This document shows positions 1 to 9,762 of a stretch of 64,000 bases of DNA, piece after piece. Origin of the DNA: an uncultured Corynebacterium sp. (GTDB lineage Bacteria > Actinomycetota > Actinomycetes > Mycobacteriales > Mycobacteriaceae); NCBI RefSeq assembly GCF_937999985.1, contig NZ_CALLDG010000052.1, forward strand, positions 14,143 to 78,142, read 5' to 3'. The position numbers and the translations under genes are program-made. Under the pieces are notes generated by a model that saw only the letters and a list, made by a program, of their open reading frames with translations, was not told the DNA's origin and searched no databases. Within the stretch, counting starts at the first letter, position 1, and the number at the start of each line of letters is the position of its first letter.

Positions 1-1366
1 CCGGCAGCAACTTCAGCCCCGGATCCACGTGCGGCCGGTCGCCGCGGGTGCGGTAGTTGCCCGGCGGGAGCAGCACAATCTTGCCGTTCGGAGCGCCGGA
101 GATGATGGTGAACATCTGGCTCCACGTCTCCGAGAGCTGCACCCGCTTCAGCGGCGCCATATCCGCCGGGTACGCGGGGACAGTCAGCACGCACGCAACA
201 GCCAGGCCGGCCGCCGCGGCACGCGGCGCCCACCGCGAACGGCTGGGATTGTCCGCCTTAGCCGGGGCCTCTCGGACGTCCCCAGCGCGGCGGCGCGGGT
301 CCATCCGCTCCACCGCCACGGCTATCAGCAGCACAAATCCCGGAATCGCCAGGCAGACGAACTTCGAGGTATCGCGGAACATGCCCGCGCCGGGCACGTG
401 GCTAATTGCAAAGCCCATAAGATCCACGCCCCAGCCGGTGGCCAGCAGAGGGGGCGTCACTAAGGCAAGAACAGTCAGCACCGCAACGCCGCGATAGACG
501 CGCCACAGCTCCTTGAAGCCGAGCATCAGCACCACGCAAAGGATCACACTTATGACCACCGAAAATAGGGTGCGCGACGGCGGGATGGCCTCGGCATTCC
601 AAATCCCCGAAAGCCCCATCGTGGAGGCAAGCGGGCCTAAGAAGGTCTCGCCGCGAGCGGAGAACAAGGCGGCGGACAGGGCATCGGAGCGGGTCTGCGA
701 AGGATTAGAAATCCAGATCGCCGGCAGCAACCACGGCAACGCGGCGATGATGCTGGCAATGAGGCTGCGCAGGCGCTCCCCGTGCGAGGGGGTGAATACC
801 AGCGCCGTGATCAGCGCCAGGATCAGACCAGTCGGCACAAAGCCACACAAACAGATCGCCACATACAGCAGACCGTGGGAGCGCGCGGCGGCCAGAAAAG
901 CGACCGCAGGCAGCAACATGCCTGCAGTGGCGACGGTCCACTGGCCCTGCAGAAAACGCTCGATGACGAACGGATTCCACACCACAAACAAAGCTGCAAC
1001 CAGCTGCGCGGAAAGCCGACCGCCCGCCATATCCCGCACCATCGCGGCGGCGAAGTAGCAGCCCATCAGGCAGGAAACCAGAACCAGTGCGCTGGCCAGG
1101 AGCGTAGCGGAGACGGTGGGGGAGAAGAGCGTTAGCACCGCATCCTGCGGCAGGGCGCGCGGGGCGCCATCGTTGATGCCCAGGTTGTTGGAATTCTCCG
1201 GTAGGGAATCGGGCACGAACATGTCCCGCAGCAGAAACGCCTTCGAGGAATCCGGGCGCAGACCCAGCCAGAACGGCCACAAAGTGACGATAGAGACGAG
1301 GAAAGACCACCCCAGCGCGATCCTTTGATCGCGCTTGGTGGTGGTCTTCGGGGGCTGCGTTTTCAC
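1..1366 (-). CDS. Polytopic integral membrane protein whose 3' end lies beyond the window edge (possible GT-C-like envelope glycosyltransferase); not present in the supplied ORF track
   Basis: Hand translation of the minus strand from GTG at 1366 gives an uninterrupted 455-codon frame down to position 1 (VKTQPPKTTTKRDQRIALGWSFLVSIVTLWPFWLGL...LLATGWGVDLMGFAISHVPGAGMFRDTSKFVCLAIPGFVLLIAVAV...NYRTRGDRPHVDPGLKLLP) with many hydrophobic helices. The listed ORFs here (705..1310-, 513..1058+, 29..463+) are Arg/Pro-rich off-frame artefacts. Function is inferred only from topology and the neighbouring genes. Confidence 0.6.
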   Translation of the reverse strand, partial: MKTQPPKTTTKRDQRIALGWSFLVSIVTLWPFWLGLRPDSSKAFLLRDMFVPDSLPENSNNLGINDGAPRALPQDAVLTLFSPTVSATLLASALVLVSCLMGCYFAAAMVRDMAGGRLSAQLVAALFVVWNPFVIERFLQGQWTVATAGMLLPAVAFLAAARSHGLLYVAICLCGFVPTGLILALITALVFTPSHGERLRSLIASIIAALPWLLPAIWISNPSQTRSDALSAALFSARGETFLGPLASTMGLSGIWNAEAIPPSRTLFSVVISVILCVVLMLGFKELWRVYRGVAVLTVLALVTPPLLATGWGVDLMGFAISHVPGAGMFRDTSKFVCLAIPGFVLLIAVAVERMDPRRRAGDVREAPAKADNPSRSRWAPRAAAAGLAVACVLTVPAYPADMAPLKRVQLSETWSQMFTIISGAPNGKIVLLPPGNYRTRGDRPHVDPGLKLLP

Positions 1367-1406
1367 AGCCAATAGTCTAGTGGCTCAGCGGAAATAATTG
1401 CGGGAA

Positions 1407-2681
1407 TTATTTAGCCGCCAGGCGTGCGGAGCGGTGAGCGATCCAGCCGACTACCAGTAGGATCAGGCCAACCACGCCCAGGATCCACGGCAGGATGGTG
1501 CCCATCAGCTTGATCTTCTGCAGACCGTCGGTGGCCTTCTTCATCTGGCCGTCGCGGGACTCGTCATCCCAGGCACCCGGGAAGTACACGGCGGTACGGG
1601 TCGGGTTGTTGATCTCCTCTTCCTTGTTCTCGAAGATCTCCTGCGCCTCTTCGTCATCCTGCGCGTAGTACTGGAAGACTTCCTCGGAACCGTTGACGAT
1701 CACGCCGGTATCCGGCTGCACGCGCAGCACGCGGTGGACGGTGTAGTAGCGGGACAGCTCGACCTCCGGGCCGAGGTCCTCTTCCTTCTCGCCGTCTTCG
1801 CCTTCCTTCTTTTCGTCGGCCTTCTCGTCCTTCTTCTCGGCCTGCTCGCCGTCCTTGTTCTTGATGTCGTCCGGGTCGATGCCCCAGACCTTCGCCGGGA
1901 ACTTCAGACGCAGCGCGGCCAGGGTGCCCTTGTCGCCCTTGGAAAGCTCGCCGTCGGCCTCCAGGCGCTCGCGCAGAGCAGGGTACAGCTCGGTCGGGGG
2001 AACGGTCTGCTCGAAGCGGTAAACCTTCTCGCCGTCCTGCTCTTCCTCACCGACGTAGTCGATCGGCTGGGTCTTCAGGATCTGCATGTCGAAGTAGTCG
2101 TAGGACTTGCGATCCGTGCCCATCGGGAACTGGTAGGTGATGCCCGGACGGGTGAACGGAGCGACGGAGGCCTCGACCTCTTCGTCCTTACCCTCGTTGG
2201 CAGCTGCATCCAGGGCCGGTGCGTTTAGCTCGATCGAGGACGTCGGCTCCGGCACGGGCATCTGGGTCTTGCGATCCAGGGTGATGTGGTCGATCGACGC
2301 GCTGATCAGGTTCTTTGGCTCTTCCCGGTCCGTGCGGAACAGGGTCTGGCCGGACTCGAGGGTCACGACATCATCGTCCGAAGGTTCCTGGGCGGTGGTG
2401 AATCGCTGGGACTGCATCTCCAAGTCCTTGTTGATGAAGCAGCTCACCTGCGGGTTGTCGCCCTTACACTCGGGCTTGTCCTTGTTGTTGCCCACCGGTT
2501 TGCCGGCAGCAAGCGCCCCAGAGTCCAGCAGATTGCCGGGGGTCTTCGGGGTGATGGTGGTGGATACGAGGTCCAGCGGCAGCACCTTGCCCTTCGGGAC
2601 GACATAGGTGGGCAGTGCGATGGCAAAGACCAGCATGGCTACACCGAGCACGATCGCTACGGAGGAGAGGATTCTCTTCAT
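1407..2681 (-). CDS. DUF3068-type (PorA-family-annotated) membrane-anchored envelope protein
   Basis: 424 aa with an N-terminal TM (SSVAIVLGVAMLVFAIALPTYVVPKG) and a C-terminal TM (ILPWILGVVGLILLVVGWIA), the typical architecture of actinobacterial DUF3068 proteins. It carries a Lys/Glu/Asp-rich insert (EKKDEKADEKKEGEDGEKEED). Confidence 0.6.
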   Translation of the reverse strand: MKRILSSVAIVLGVAMLVFAIALPTYVVPKGKVLPLDLVSTTITPKTPGNLLDSGALAAGKPVGNNKDKPECKGDNPQVSCFINKDLEMQSQRFTTAQEPSDDDVVTLESGQTLFRTDREEPKNLISASIDHITLDRKTQMPVPEPTSSIELNAPALDAAANEGKDEEVEASVAPFTRPGITYQFPMGTDRKSYDYFDMQILKTQPIDYVGEEEQDGEKVYRFEQTVPPTELYPALRERLEADGELSKGDKGTLAALRLKFPAKVWGIDPDDIKNKDGEQAEKKDEKADEKKEGEDGEKEEDLGPEVELSRYYTVHRVLRVQPDTGVIVNGSEEVFQYYAQDDEEAQEIFENKEEEINNPTRTAVYFPGAWDDESRDGQMKKATDGLQKIKLMGTILPWILGVVGLILLVVGWIAHRSARLAAK

Positions 2682-2852
2682 AGGATGGGGTTTCCTGACT
2701 CTATCTGTCTATATCTATCCGGTGACTGTAGTTAGCCTGTAAAGCTTCCAATACTTTAGCCAATCAAAACTAGATACTTTGCAGTTTTAGAATTTTTCTC
2801 TAGAAAAGTCTTCGGGGGTGTTTCCGCGTGCCGTTCGGTTAAGCTGATTCCG

Positions 2853-4112
2853 ATGAGCACGAAGATTCCCTCCGCCCGCCCCGCGCCCTTCCTACCTGCA
2901 CTGGAAGGTCTCCGCGCGATTGCCTGCTCCGGCATCATCATCACGCACGTCGCGTTCCAAACCGGCGCGGATACGGGGAACCTGCTGAACCGCATGATGG
3001 CGCGCACGGATTTCTTTGTGCCCGTGTTCTTCGCCCTCTCCGGCTTTTTGCTGTGGCGCCGCCACCGGGCGGACTTTGCGGTATCTACCTCGCAGGACAA
3101 TCTGCTGACCTTGGCGGGTTACTACGTGAAGCGCCTGGGGCGCATCTTCCCGGCCTACCTGGTCACTGTCGCGATTGTGCTGCTGTTCTTCCCGGTTGCG
3201 GGCTCGCCGACGGTGTGGCAGATGATCTCGAACGTCATCATGGTGCAGATCTACGTCGACGGTGGGCTGATCGGCGGGCTGACCCATCTGTGGAGCTTGT
3301 GCGTAGAGATGGCTTTCTACCTAGTGCTGCCTGTGATTGCGGTGGCGTGGGGGCGTCGAGAAAGAAAATGGCGCATCGTGTGGATCGTCGTGGTGGCCGC
3401 GGCGAGCTTCGGCTGGGCCTTCATCCCCGCGTTCGCCGAGCCCCCGGCGCCGGGTGGATTGAACCCGCACATCATGCCACCTGCGTTTATCGCATGGTTC
3501 GGGGTGGGGCTGCTCGGCGCGGAGCTGGAGTCTATCGTGCAGGATCGTGCCTACGCGCGCACGGGTAAGGATGGAGCCGAGGGTATTGACGCCCGGTACC
3601 AGCTGCCGGAGGTGCGATTCGTAGCGAAGTTTCGCTGGGTGTTCTGGTTGCTGGCCATCGGTGCGCTGGCGGTCGCGGCCTCGGACGGGCCGGAGGGTCT
3701 GACGCACGCGGCGCCGGCGGAGTTCGCCCGCCGGACGCTATATGGCCTGGTGTTCGCTGCCGCGCTGATCGTTCCTTATACGCTGGCGCCGCGGTCGAGG
3801 TTCTTTGAGTCGGCACTGATGCAGGCGCTGGGCCGCTGGTCGTACGCGATCTTCCTGTGGCACATGTCGCTGCTATCGCTGGTGTTTCCGCTGCTGGGCG
3901 TGCCACTGTTCAGCGGGCACACCGCCCTGGTGCTGGTGGCAACGTTCGTGCTGAGCGTGCCGGTGGCCGCGCTGAGCTACTCCTTTGTGGAGGAGCCCGC
4001 GCGCCGGTCCATTAATTCCTGGTGGCGCTCGGTTCGGGATGCCAAGACAGAGACCACCACGGCCAGCAGCACGACGGCGAGCGCGCCGTTTACCACGAAC
4101 CCGCCCGCGTAG
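2853..4112 (+). CDS. Acyltransferase family 3 integral membrane protein
   Basis: 419 aa. N-terminal LEGLRAIACSGIIITHVAF motif and about 10 hydrophobic helices typical of acyltransferase_3 O-acyltransferases. The last 136 nt overlap the convergent aftD-like gene. Confidence 0.75.
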   Translation: MSTKIPSARPAPFLPALEGLRAIACSGIIITHVAFQTGADTGNLLNRMMARTDFFVPVFFALSGFLLWRRHRADFAVSTSQDNLLTLAGYYVKRLGRIFPAYLVTVAIVLLFFPVAGSPTVWQMISNVIMVQIYVDGGLIGGLTHLWSLCVEMAFYLVLPVIAVAWGRRERKWRIVWIVVVAAASFGWAFIPAFAEPPAPGGLNPHIMPPAFIAWFGVGLLGAELESIVQDRAYARTGKDGAEGIDARYQLPEVRFVAKFRWVFWLLAIGALAVAASDGPEGLTHAAPAEFARRTLYGLVFAAALIVPYTLAPRSRFFESALMQALGRWSYAIFLWHMSLLSLVFPLLGVPLFSGHTALVLVATFVLSVPVAALSYSFVEEPARRSINSWWRSVRDAKTETTTASSTTASAPFTTNPPA

Positions 4113-7100
4113 TAGTTTCCGCTGCCCCAGGCGCCGCGGATGCACAGCAATAGCGCCAGGAACGCGGCCGTTCCGGTGATGACCTTGCCCGCCAGGATGG
4201 CGCGACGGATGGCACGGCTCCGTGGGGTGTGCTCTGTAGCCTGGGCCTTGTCTGCTGCCACTGGCTCAGCTATCGCTGCCGCCGTACTATTCGGCAGCGC
4301 CGGCATCCGGCGGGTCCGCCGCACCACGAAGATGCACAGTCCTACCAGCACCAGCGCCGCCACCAGGCCGATGGCCAGCCACGCGCGGTAAAGTTTCGTG
4401 CCCTCGAAGTGGGTGGTGACCAGCCCGGACTTGCCCTCCGGGACGAGCCACCCCTGCTGCCAGCCATTCACCGTGATCGGCGTGAGCTGCGTGGTTTCGC
4501 CACCTTCTTCCAGCGTGGCGATGCGCCCAGGGTTCGCCTGCGAAGGGCTGAACAGCACACGCTTCTTATCCGAGGCCTCCAGGCGGGTGGATTGCTCCCC
4601 GGGTGCCAACTGCTCCAGCGGGCTGGCCTGTTCCACCGGCTGCGCCGCCGGGATTTCCCGCACCGCCGCGCCGAACAGCGGCTCGGCGACGGAGAGCGCC
4701 ACCCAGCGCGCCGTGGTGGACAGCACGTGCTTGCCCGCGGGAAGGTTCAGGGTGTCGCCGCAGGTGTAGCCCTTGCCGTCGATGGTCACGGGCGCCTGGT
4801 TCTCGCGGGCGCATTCGGAGGTGTGCACCACAACCGGCAGCTCGCCCGCGCCGTTGCCAATTGCTTCCGGCGCCTCGAAGCCGCGCAGCATGACGGATTC
4901 GCTGATTTCCTGGCCGAATACCCACCGGTTCAGTGTTGCTCCTGTTGCCCCTGTTGCTCCCGCGTTGCCCTGTGAGTCGTCGCCGCCATCCACCGGGGGC
5001 ACCGTCGGCACGCGCCGCGGCGTGACGTCCTTTTCTCCATCGGCCAGTACCTTCGCCTCGGCTACGCCGAAGTCGCCGAAGGCGCCCACGATCGTCACGC
5101 GGATCGCATCGGCCCGCCCGGCGGGAACCTTCACCTTGTTGGTCTCGCCGGTCTTAAGGGTTGCGGACGTTCCCGACACGATTCTCCCCTGCAGGTACGT
5201 CGTCACCTGCACACGCGCAGGCCGACCCTGAATGTCCAGGTGCAAGCCCAGCCTGTTGTATGCCTCGTCCATGCGGAACTCGATGTACTGCCCCGCCACG
5301 TTGCCGACCGTCGGCCGCCACGCGGTCCTGTGCGAACCATCCACCGCGGAGGTTGCGGAAGAATACGTCTCCGCCCCGCCAAAACTCGTCGGGTCCGCGG
5401 CGGTGGAGGAGACCCGCACCTCGCCGCGGCCTTCCACGCGCGTCATCTGCTCCGGCGCGACCTCCTGCCCGTCCGCATCGCGCACGGGGTAGTCGCGCAC
5501 CGGGTTCAGCACCTGCACCGGGTCGTCTTCGCTGCGGATTTCGCTGTCCGCGCCCACCACGTTGCCGTAGTTGTGGTCGCGCAGCGCGGGCGTGTCCGTC
5601 ACCGTCTGTGCGGGTAGCTCTAGTTTTTTGCCTTGTGACGCCCCCACACGCGCCCGCGCCGCACCCTGCCTACCCAGGGCCGCGTCCGCCGCTGCCAGGC
5701 GGGGGAGGGATTCGGCGCTGGAATGGGTGACGTCGAGGCGTTCGGCGTCAATAATCCGCAGGTCACCCGCAGTGCCCACAGTGTTGGGAGTAACAGGATC
5801 CACCCGATAGATCCGCACCTCCTCGTCGTCGCCGAAGGCCGCGGTCTTGCTGAAGCCCCCGGAGCGCTCGAGGGTGCGCTCGATCCGCTTGGCGCCGGGG
5901 GTGTCGGCGGCGGTGGTCAGGTCGTAGCGCAGCACCAGGTAGCCCACGCCCTGCTGCCACAGCGCGGCGGCGAGGGAGGGGATGGCGGTGCCGGCTTCCA
6001 GCTCCCGCTGCACGCCGTCGAGGCCGCGGATGGCCTCGGGCTGCACTAGCGGCACGGAGTCGCGCACGACCCACGGCACGTCCAACAGGGGCTGGACGGG
6101 TTCGTCGCGGGTGTTTCCCCAGGTCTGGCGTGCAAAGCGTGCCTTGGGGAGGATCATGGTGCGGGCGGGGGCGTGGGTTTCCCCTGCTTCCTTGGCGACT
6201 TCCGAGTTCAGCCAGTCCGCGGCCTCGGTCCAGTAGTCGGGCACGCTCCGGTAGGCGTCCGCGGCGGCGATGCGCCCCGACCAGCCCGTGGCGGTGACCA
6301 CGACGACTAGCAGGCAGATGGCAATGGCGCGGGGGACCTCCGCGTGCTTCTCCGGGTGGAGCCACCGCGCCCAGCGTTCGCGGCTAAGCCCCGGCCAGGG
6401 CAGGCGCGCGAGGCCGTGGGCGATGCCCACCACCAGCGCCAATCGCACCAGGGGGTCGAACTTGTGCAGGTTGCGCAGCGGGGCGCCCGCGCCATCCAGG
6501 AAAATCCGGCCCCAGGAGGCCAGCGGGGAGATCGGGGCGGTGGCGAAGACCATCGCGGTCACGCCCAGCAGCAGGATCGCCAGCCAGCGGCGGGCGAAAG
6601 GTAGCTGCGGGCGGGTGAGCCCCCATAAGCCCAGGAACGCCACCAGCAGGGTGCCGGCGACGAAGACGGGTTCGCCGACCAGCTCGTAACCGCCCTGGCG
6701 TTCGGCGGAGAGGAAGGGGGTCCAGCTGGTGGTGCCGCGCAGGATCTCCGCGAGGTTCATCCAGTTGGTGGTTAGGGATGCGGACTCGATGTAGTCCGTG
6801 AATGGCGGGGAATACTTGCCCAGCAGGAGCAGCGGGCCGATCCACCAGAACGTGGCCAGCAGGCCTGCGGGCACCCACCACAGCGCGAAGTACAGGCCCA
6901 CGCGCGGACGGCGGATGCACATACCCAGCCAGAAGATCACGGCGGGCAGGATGGCCACGGCGGTGGCCACGGCGTTCACCGCGCCCAGGCACAGCACGGC
7001 CAGGGCGCTGAGTAGCGCGTATTTAGCCAGGTGGGAGCGTGTGTGGCGGTCTAGCTGGGCATCCCGCCCCAGCATCGCCGCGCTCGCCACGGGCAGCAGC

Positions 7101-7564
7101 ACCCACGGCACCAGCGCGCACACCCACGCCTCGGAGCTAATGGCCCCGAGCGTGGTGAGGATCCGCGGGGAGAGTGCAAAGAGAACGCCCGCGATCACGC
7201 GCGAGCCGCGGCTGCCGATCCTTAGCCGCTGCAGCAGAAGGACCGTCCCGGCGAACGCAAGCGCCAGCAGCAGCCCCCACCAGAGACGTTGCGTGACCCA
7301 GCCGGGCAGGAAGGAAAACACGGCGAAGAACAGGCCGTGCGGGAACAGGTACCCGTACGCCTGGTTCTGCAGTTGCCCCAGCGGGAAGGTATCCGTCCAG
7401 GGGTATAGCGCTTGGCGGAGGAATCCCCAGGGGTTGGCCGTCAGGTCCAGCTTCGTGTCGGCCGAGGTCAGCCCGGGGGACTGTAGGAATGCGAAAAGAA
7501 ACCACGCGAGGGTGCTATACACCCAAGCGCGGCGAGAAAGGGGGCGGTGCGCCGTGGTTGGCAC
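3977..7564 (-). CDS. aftD: AftD-like alpha-(1->3)-arabinofuranosyltransferase (large GT-C membrane glycosyltransferase)
   Basis: 1195 aa, GTG start. It has an N-terminal polytopic GT-C-like region, a large soluble domain with a discoidin/F5-8-type-C-like stretch (HRTAWRPTVGNVAGQYIEFRMDEAYNRLGL) and C-terminal TM helices. The gene order (small exported protein, this gene, then a divergent GH3 lipoprotein nearby) mirrors M. tuberculosis Rv0236A-Rv0236c(aftD)-Rv0237(lpqI). Confidence 0.7.
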   Translation of the reverse strand: MPTTAHRPLSRRAWVYSTLAWFLFAFLQSPGLTSADTKLDLTANPWGFLRQALYPWTDTFPLGQLQNQAYGYLFPHGLFFAVFSFLPGWVTQRLWWGLLLALAFAGTVLLLQRLRIGSRGSRVIAGVLFALSPRILTTLGAISSEAWVCALVPWVLLPVASAAMLGRDAQLDRHTRSHLAKYALLSALAVLCLGAVNAVATAVAILPAVIFWLGMCIRRPRVGLYFALWWVPAGLLATFWWIGPLLLLGKYSPPFTDYIESASLTTNWMNLAEILRGTTSWTPFLSAERQGGYELVGEPVFVAGTLLVAFLGLWGLTRPQLPFARRWLAILLLGVTAMVFATAPISPLASWGRIFLDGAGAPLRNLHKFDPLVRLALVVGIAHGLARLPWPGLSRERWARWLHPEKHAEVPRAIAICLLVVVVTATGWSGRIAAADAYRSVPDYWTEAADWLNSEVAKEAGETHAPARTMILPKARFARQTWGNTRDEPVQPLLDVPWVVRDSVPLVQPEAIRGLDGVQRELEAGTAIPSLAAALWQQGVGYLVLRYDLTTAADTPGAKRIERTLERSGGFSKTAAFGDDEEVRIYRVDPVTPNTVGTAGDLRIIDAERLDVTHSSAESLPRLAAADAALGRQGAARARVGASQGKKLELPAQTVTDTPALRDHNYGNVVGADSEIRSEDDPVQVLNPVRDYPVRDADGQEVAPEQMTRVEGRGEVRVSSTAADPTSFGGAETYSSATSAVDGSHRTAWRPTVGNVAGQYIEFRMDEAYNRLGLHLDIQGRPARVQVTTYLQGRIVSGTSATLKTGETNKVKVPAGRADAIRVTIVGAFGDFGVAEAKVLADGEKDVTPRRVPTVPPVDGGDDSQGNAGATGATGATLNRWVFGQEISESVMLRGFEAPEAIGNGAGELPVVVHTSECARENQAPVTIDGKGYTCGDTLNLPAGKHVLSTTARWVALSVAEPLFGAAVREIPAAQPVEQASPLEQLAPGEQSTRLEASDKKRVLFSPSQANPGRIATLEEGGETTQLTPITVNGWQQGWLVPEGKSGLVTTHFEGTKLYRAWLAIGLVAALVLVGLCIFVVRRTRRMPALPNSTAAAIAEPVAADKAQATEHTPRSRAIRRAILAGKVITGTAAFLALLLCIRGAWGSGNYYAGGFVVNGALAVVLLAVVVSVLASRTERHQELMDRRAGSSTKE

Positions 7565-7578
7565 GTGATGGTGCGCCT

Positions 7579-7785
7579 TTATTCGGAAATGCGGCCGCCG
7601 TACTGGACGGCGCCCAGGAATGCGTTGTCCTGGTTCACGGCGATCTGTTCGTCGGTGGGCAGTTCAGTGGTATCGGCCATTGCGCCAGCGCCGAAAGTTG
7701 CGGCGCCGCCCAGGACCAGGCCTGCAACTGCGGAGGCGACCAGTGCGCCCAGGCCGCGACGGTTAGAGGCGGTTTCGTTAGCCAT
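7579..7785 (-). CDS. Small exported protein (Rv0236A/DUF2613-like)
   Basis: 68 aa. Twin-arginine-like n-region followed by a hydrophobic core (SNRRGLGALVASAVAGLVLGGAATFGAGAMA). AGGAA ribosome-binding site. Ends 14 nt upstream of the aftD-like start. Confidence 0.6.
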   Translation of the reverse strand: MANETASNRRGLGALVASAVAGLVLGGAATFGAGAMADTTELPTDEQIAVNQDNAFLGAVQYGGRISE

Positions 7786-7883
7786 GTTAATTCCTGTTCC
7801 TAGTGGGATTATTGTGGTTTTAGCGTACTAGCTTCTTGTAGATCGTACCTAATGAAACGCCAACAGACCTTCGTTTGGGAAAA

Positions 7884-8423
7884 CTAGTCCTCATCTTCGA
7901 TCGGCGGGACGATCAATACGGGGCGACCGGCGTTCTTGATGATGCTGTCCGACACGCTGGACTGCAGGAAAGACTTCCAGCCCGATAGTGCACGGGTGCC
8001 CGTGACAATCAGATCCACATCCAGCTCATCGGCAGCGTCAACAATGGCGCTCCAAATAGCTGTTCCGGACTCTACCAGAAAGGGTTCGGTAACAAAACCA
8101 TGGGAGTTGGCCAGATCCACGCCCTCGTTGCAGATGTTCACGGCCTCTGCGTATGCCGGATCGTCGTCCTCCGGATGCTCGCCGGTTTCATTGGACCAGT
8201 CGTGCTGCATCATGCCGCTCATGCCTGCCGCGCGCGCAGCCTGGCGGTGGATCGGCTCCCACACGGTCAGGATGTAGGCGTTCTTGGCGGACAGGAAACG
8301 CCCGGCGTGCTCCACAGCGCCACGGGCTTCGGCGGAGCCGTCGTAGGCGATCAGGACGGTATCGCCGCTCGCGTCGAAAGCCGGCTGGTGTGCTTGCTGG
8401 GCTTGTTCTGCCTGCTCGGTCAT
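7884..8423 (-). CDS. Universal stress protein (UspA family)
   Basis: C-terminal motif DLIVTGTRALSGWKSFLQSSVSDSIIKNAGRPVLIVP is the typical USP ATP-binding region. I prefer the ATG at 8423 (MTEQAEQ...), which has GAGGAG 8 nt upstream, over the track start at 8468. Confidence 0.8.
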   Translation of the reverse strand: MTEQAEQAQQAHQPAFDASGDTVLIAYDGSAEARGAVEHAGRFLSAKNAYILTVWEPIHRQAARAAGMSGMMQHDWSNETGEHPEDDDPAYAEAVNICNEGVDLANSHGFVTEPFLVESGTAIWSAIVDAADELDVDLIVTGTRALSGWKSFLQSSVSDSIIKNAGRPVLIVPPIEDED

Positions 8424-8515
8424 GTTTATCGCTCCTCGGTGGGCACTTCGGTGCCGCTTCGGTGGCACTTCACGATTGGTGCACTGCTCGTTGCGTTTGT
8501 TACTACGTTAATACT

Positions 8516-9721
8516 ATGCCTCGTAGACACGTAGCCGCTGGCGCTTTAGGTTTCGCTCTTGTTGTTGCCTCTAGCGCTTGTTCCTTATCGACGCCCACTG
8601 ACCAGCCAGCCGATACCTCCACCTCCGCTGCCACTTCCGCCGCACCCAGCTCCGAAAGCTCCGACGCCGCCGAATCTAGCGCGCCCCCAGCGGAGAACCA
8701 GCAGGCGTGTGCCCGGGTGGAGGGTAAGGCCCCGAGGGAGATGGCTGGCCGGATGCTTGCTGTGGGCGTCACCACCTACGAATCAGCAGAACAAGCCGTC
8801 GACGAAGGTGTGCGCCACCTTTTCATTGGCTCGCAGACCGATAAAACCATCCTGAATGGGCAGGGCGATCCCGCGCGTAGCCTGGCAGCGCTCGAGGAGC
8901 GCGCGGGCGAACCGCTGACCGTGAGCGTGGACGAGGAAGGCGGGCTGGTGCAGCGCCTATCCGAGATCGTCGGTGAGCTGCCGAGTGCGCAGCAGATGGC
9001 GGAGACGATGAGCCCCGATCAGGTGCGCGACCTCATGGCCGAACACGGCAAGAAGGTCCGCGACTTGGGAATCACCGTGGACTTCGCGCCGGTGGTGGAC
9101 CTGGCCGGCGGCCAGGAGATTTCCGATAACGCGATCGGCTCGCGGTCCTTCAGCGCCGACCCGAAGGTGGCGGCGGATTACGCGCGGGCCTACTCGGAGG
9201 GCCTGCAGCAGGCGGGTGTGACCCCGGTGTTGAAGCACTTCCCGGGCCACGGCCACGCCACGGGGGATTCTCACATGGGTGCCGTGACCACCCCGCCGCT
9301 GGAGCAGATGCAGGGCAACGACCTGCTGCCTTTCCGCGAACTGGTGGATGTTGAGGGCATGGCCGTGATGGTCGGCCACGTGGAGGTGCCGGGGCTGGGC
9401 GAGCCTTTGCCGTCCTCGGTGAATCCTGCGGCCTACAAGCTGCTGCGGGAGGGCGGTTATGGGCCGAAGCATGACGCCCCAGGTTTCGACGGCGTGATCT
9501 ACACCGACGACCTAACGGGCATGAAGGCCGTGACGGATCGCTACCCCGGCCCGGAGGCGGCCGTGGCGGCACTGGCGGCGGGAGCGGACGTGGCGCTTGC
9601 CGCAGCGGGGGCCGTGGAGATCCCCGATGTGGTGGAGGCCATCCGCGTGGCGATCGATGACGGGCGGATTCCTGAGGATCGCGTGCGCGATTCTCTGAAT
9701 CGCACCTGTGTAACGGAGTAA
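8516..9721 (+). CDS. Glycoside hydrolase family 3 beta-N-acetylhexosaminidase lipoprotein (LpqI/NagZ-like)
   Basis: GH3 N-terminal domain motifs (KHFPGHGHATGDSHMG, MVGHVEVPGL). Lipoprotein-type signal MPRRHVAAGALGFALVVASSAC. The track ORF start (8153) would overlap the usp gene with an Arg-rich off-type extension, so I use the in-frame ATG at 8516. Confidence 0.8.
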   Translation: MPRRHVAAGALGFALVVASSACSLSTPTDQPADTSTSAATSAAPSSESSDAAESSAPPAENQQACARVEGKAPREMAGRMLAVGVTTYESAEQAVDEGVRHLFIGSQTDKTILNGQGDPARSLAALEERAGEPLTVSVDEEGGLVQRLSEIVGELPSAQQMAETMSPDQVRDLMAEHGKKVRDLGITVDFAPVVDLAGGQEISDNAIGSRSFSADPKVAADYARAYSEGLQQAGVTPVLKHFPGHGHATGDSHMGAVTTPPLEQMQGNDLLPFRELVDVEGMAVMVGHVEVPGLGEPLPSSVNPAAYKLLREGGYGPKHDAPGFDGVIYTDDLTGMKAVTDRYPGPEAAVAALAAGADVALAAAGAVEIPDVVEAIRVAIDDGRIPEDRVRDSLNRTCVTE

Positions 9722-9762
9722 AAGAATTCCCTGTTCGGGGGATTCGCGATACACTAACCTGC

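Noticed and set aside
705-1310. Track ORFs at the left edge (705..1310-, 513..1058+, 782..1135+, 29..463+, 57..497+) as possible genes.
   Set aside because: All are Arg/Pro/Ala-rich off-frame products. A different minus-strand frame gives a continuous 455-codon membrane-protein sequence that explains the region.
8153-8515. The N-terminal 121-codon extension of the GH3 ORF, which overlaps the usp gene.
   Set aside because: The extension is extremely Arg-rich and overlaps usp on the opposite strand. An in-frame ATG at 8516 yields a normal lipoprotein signal peptide.
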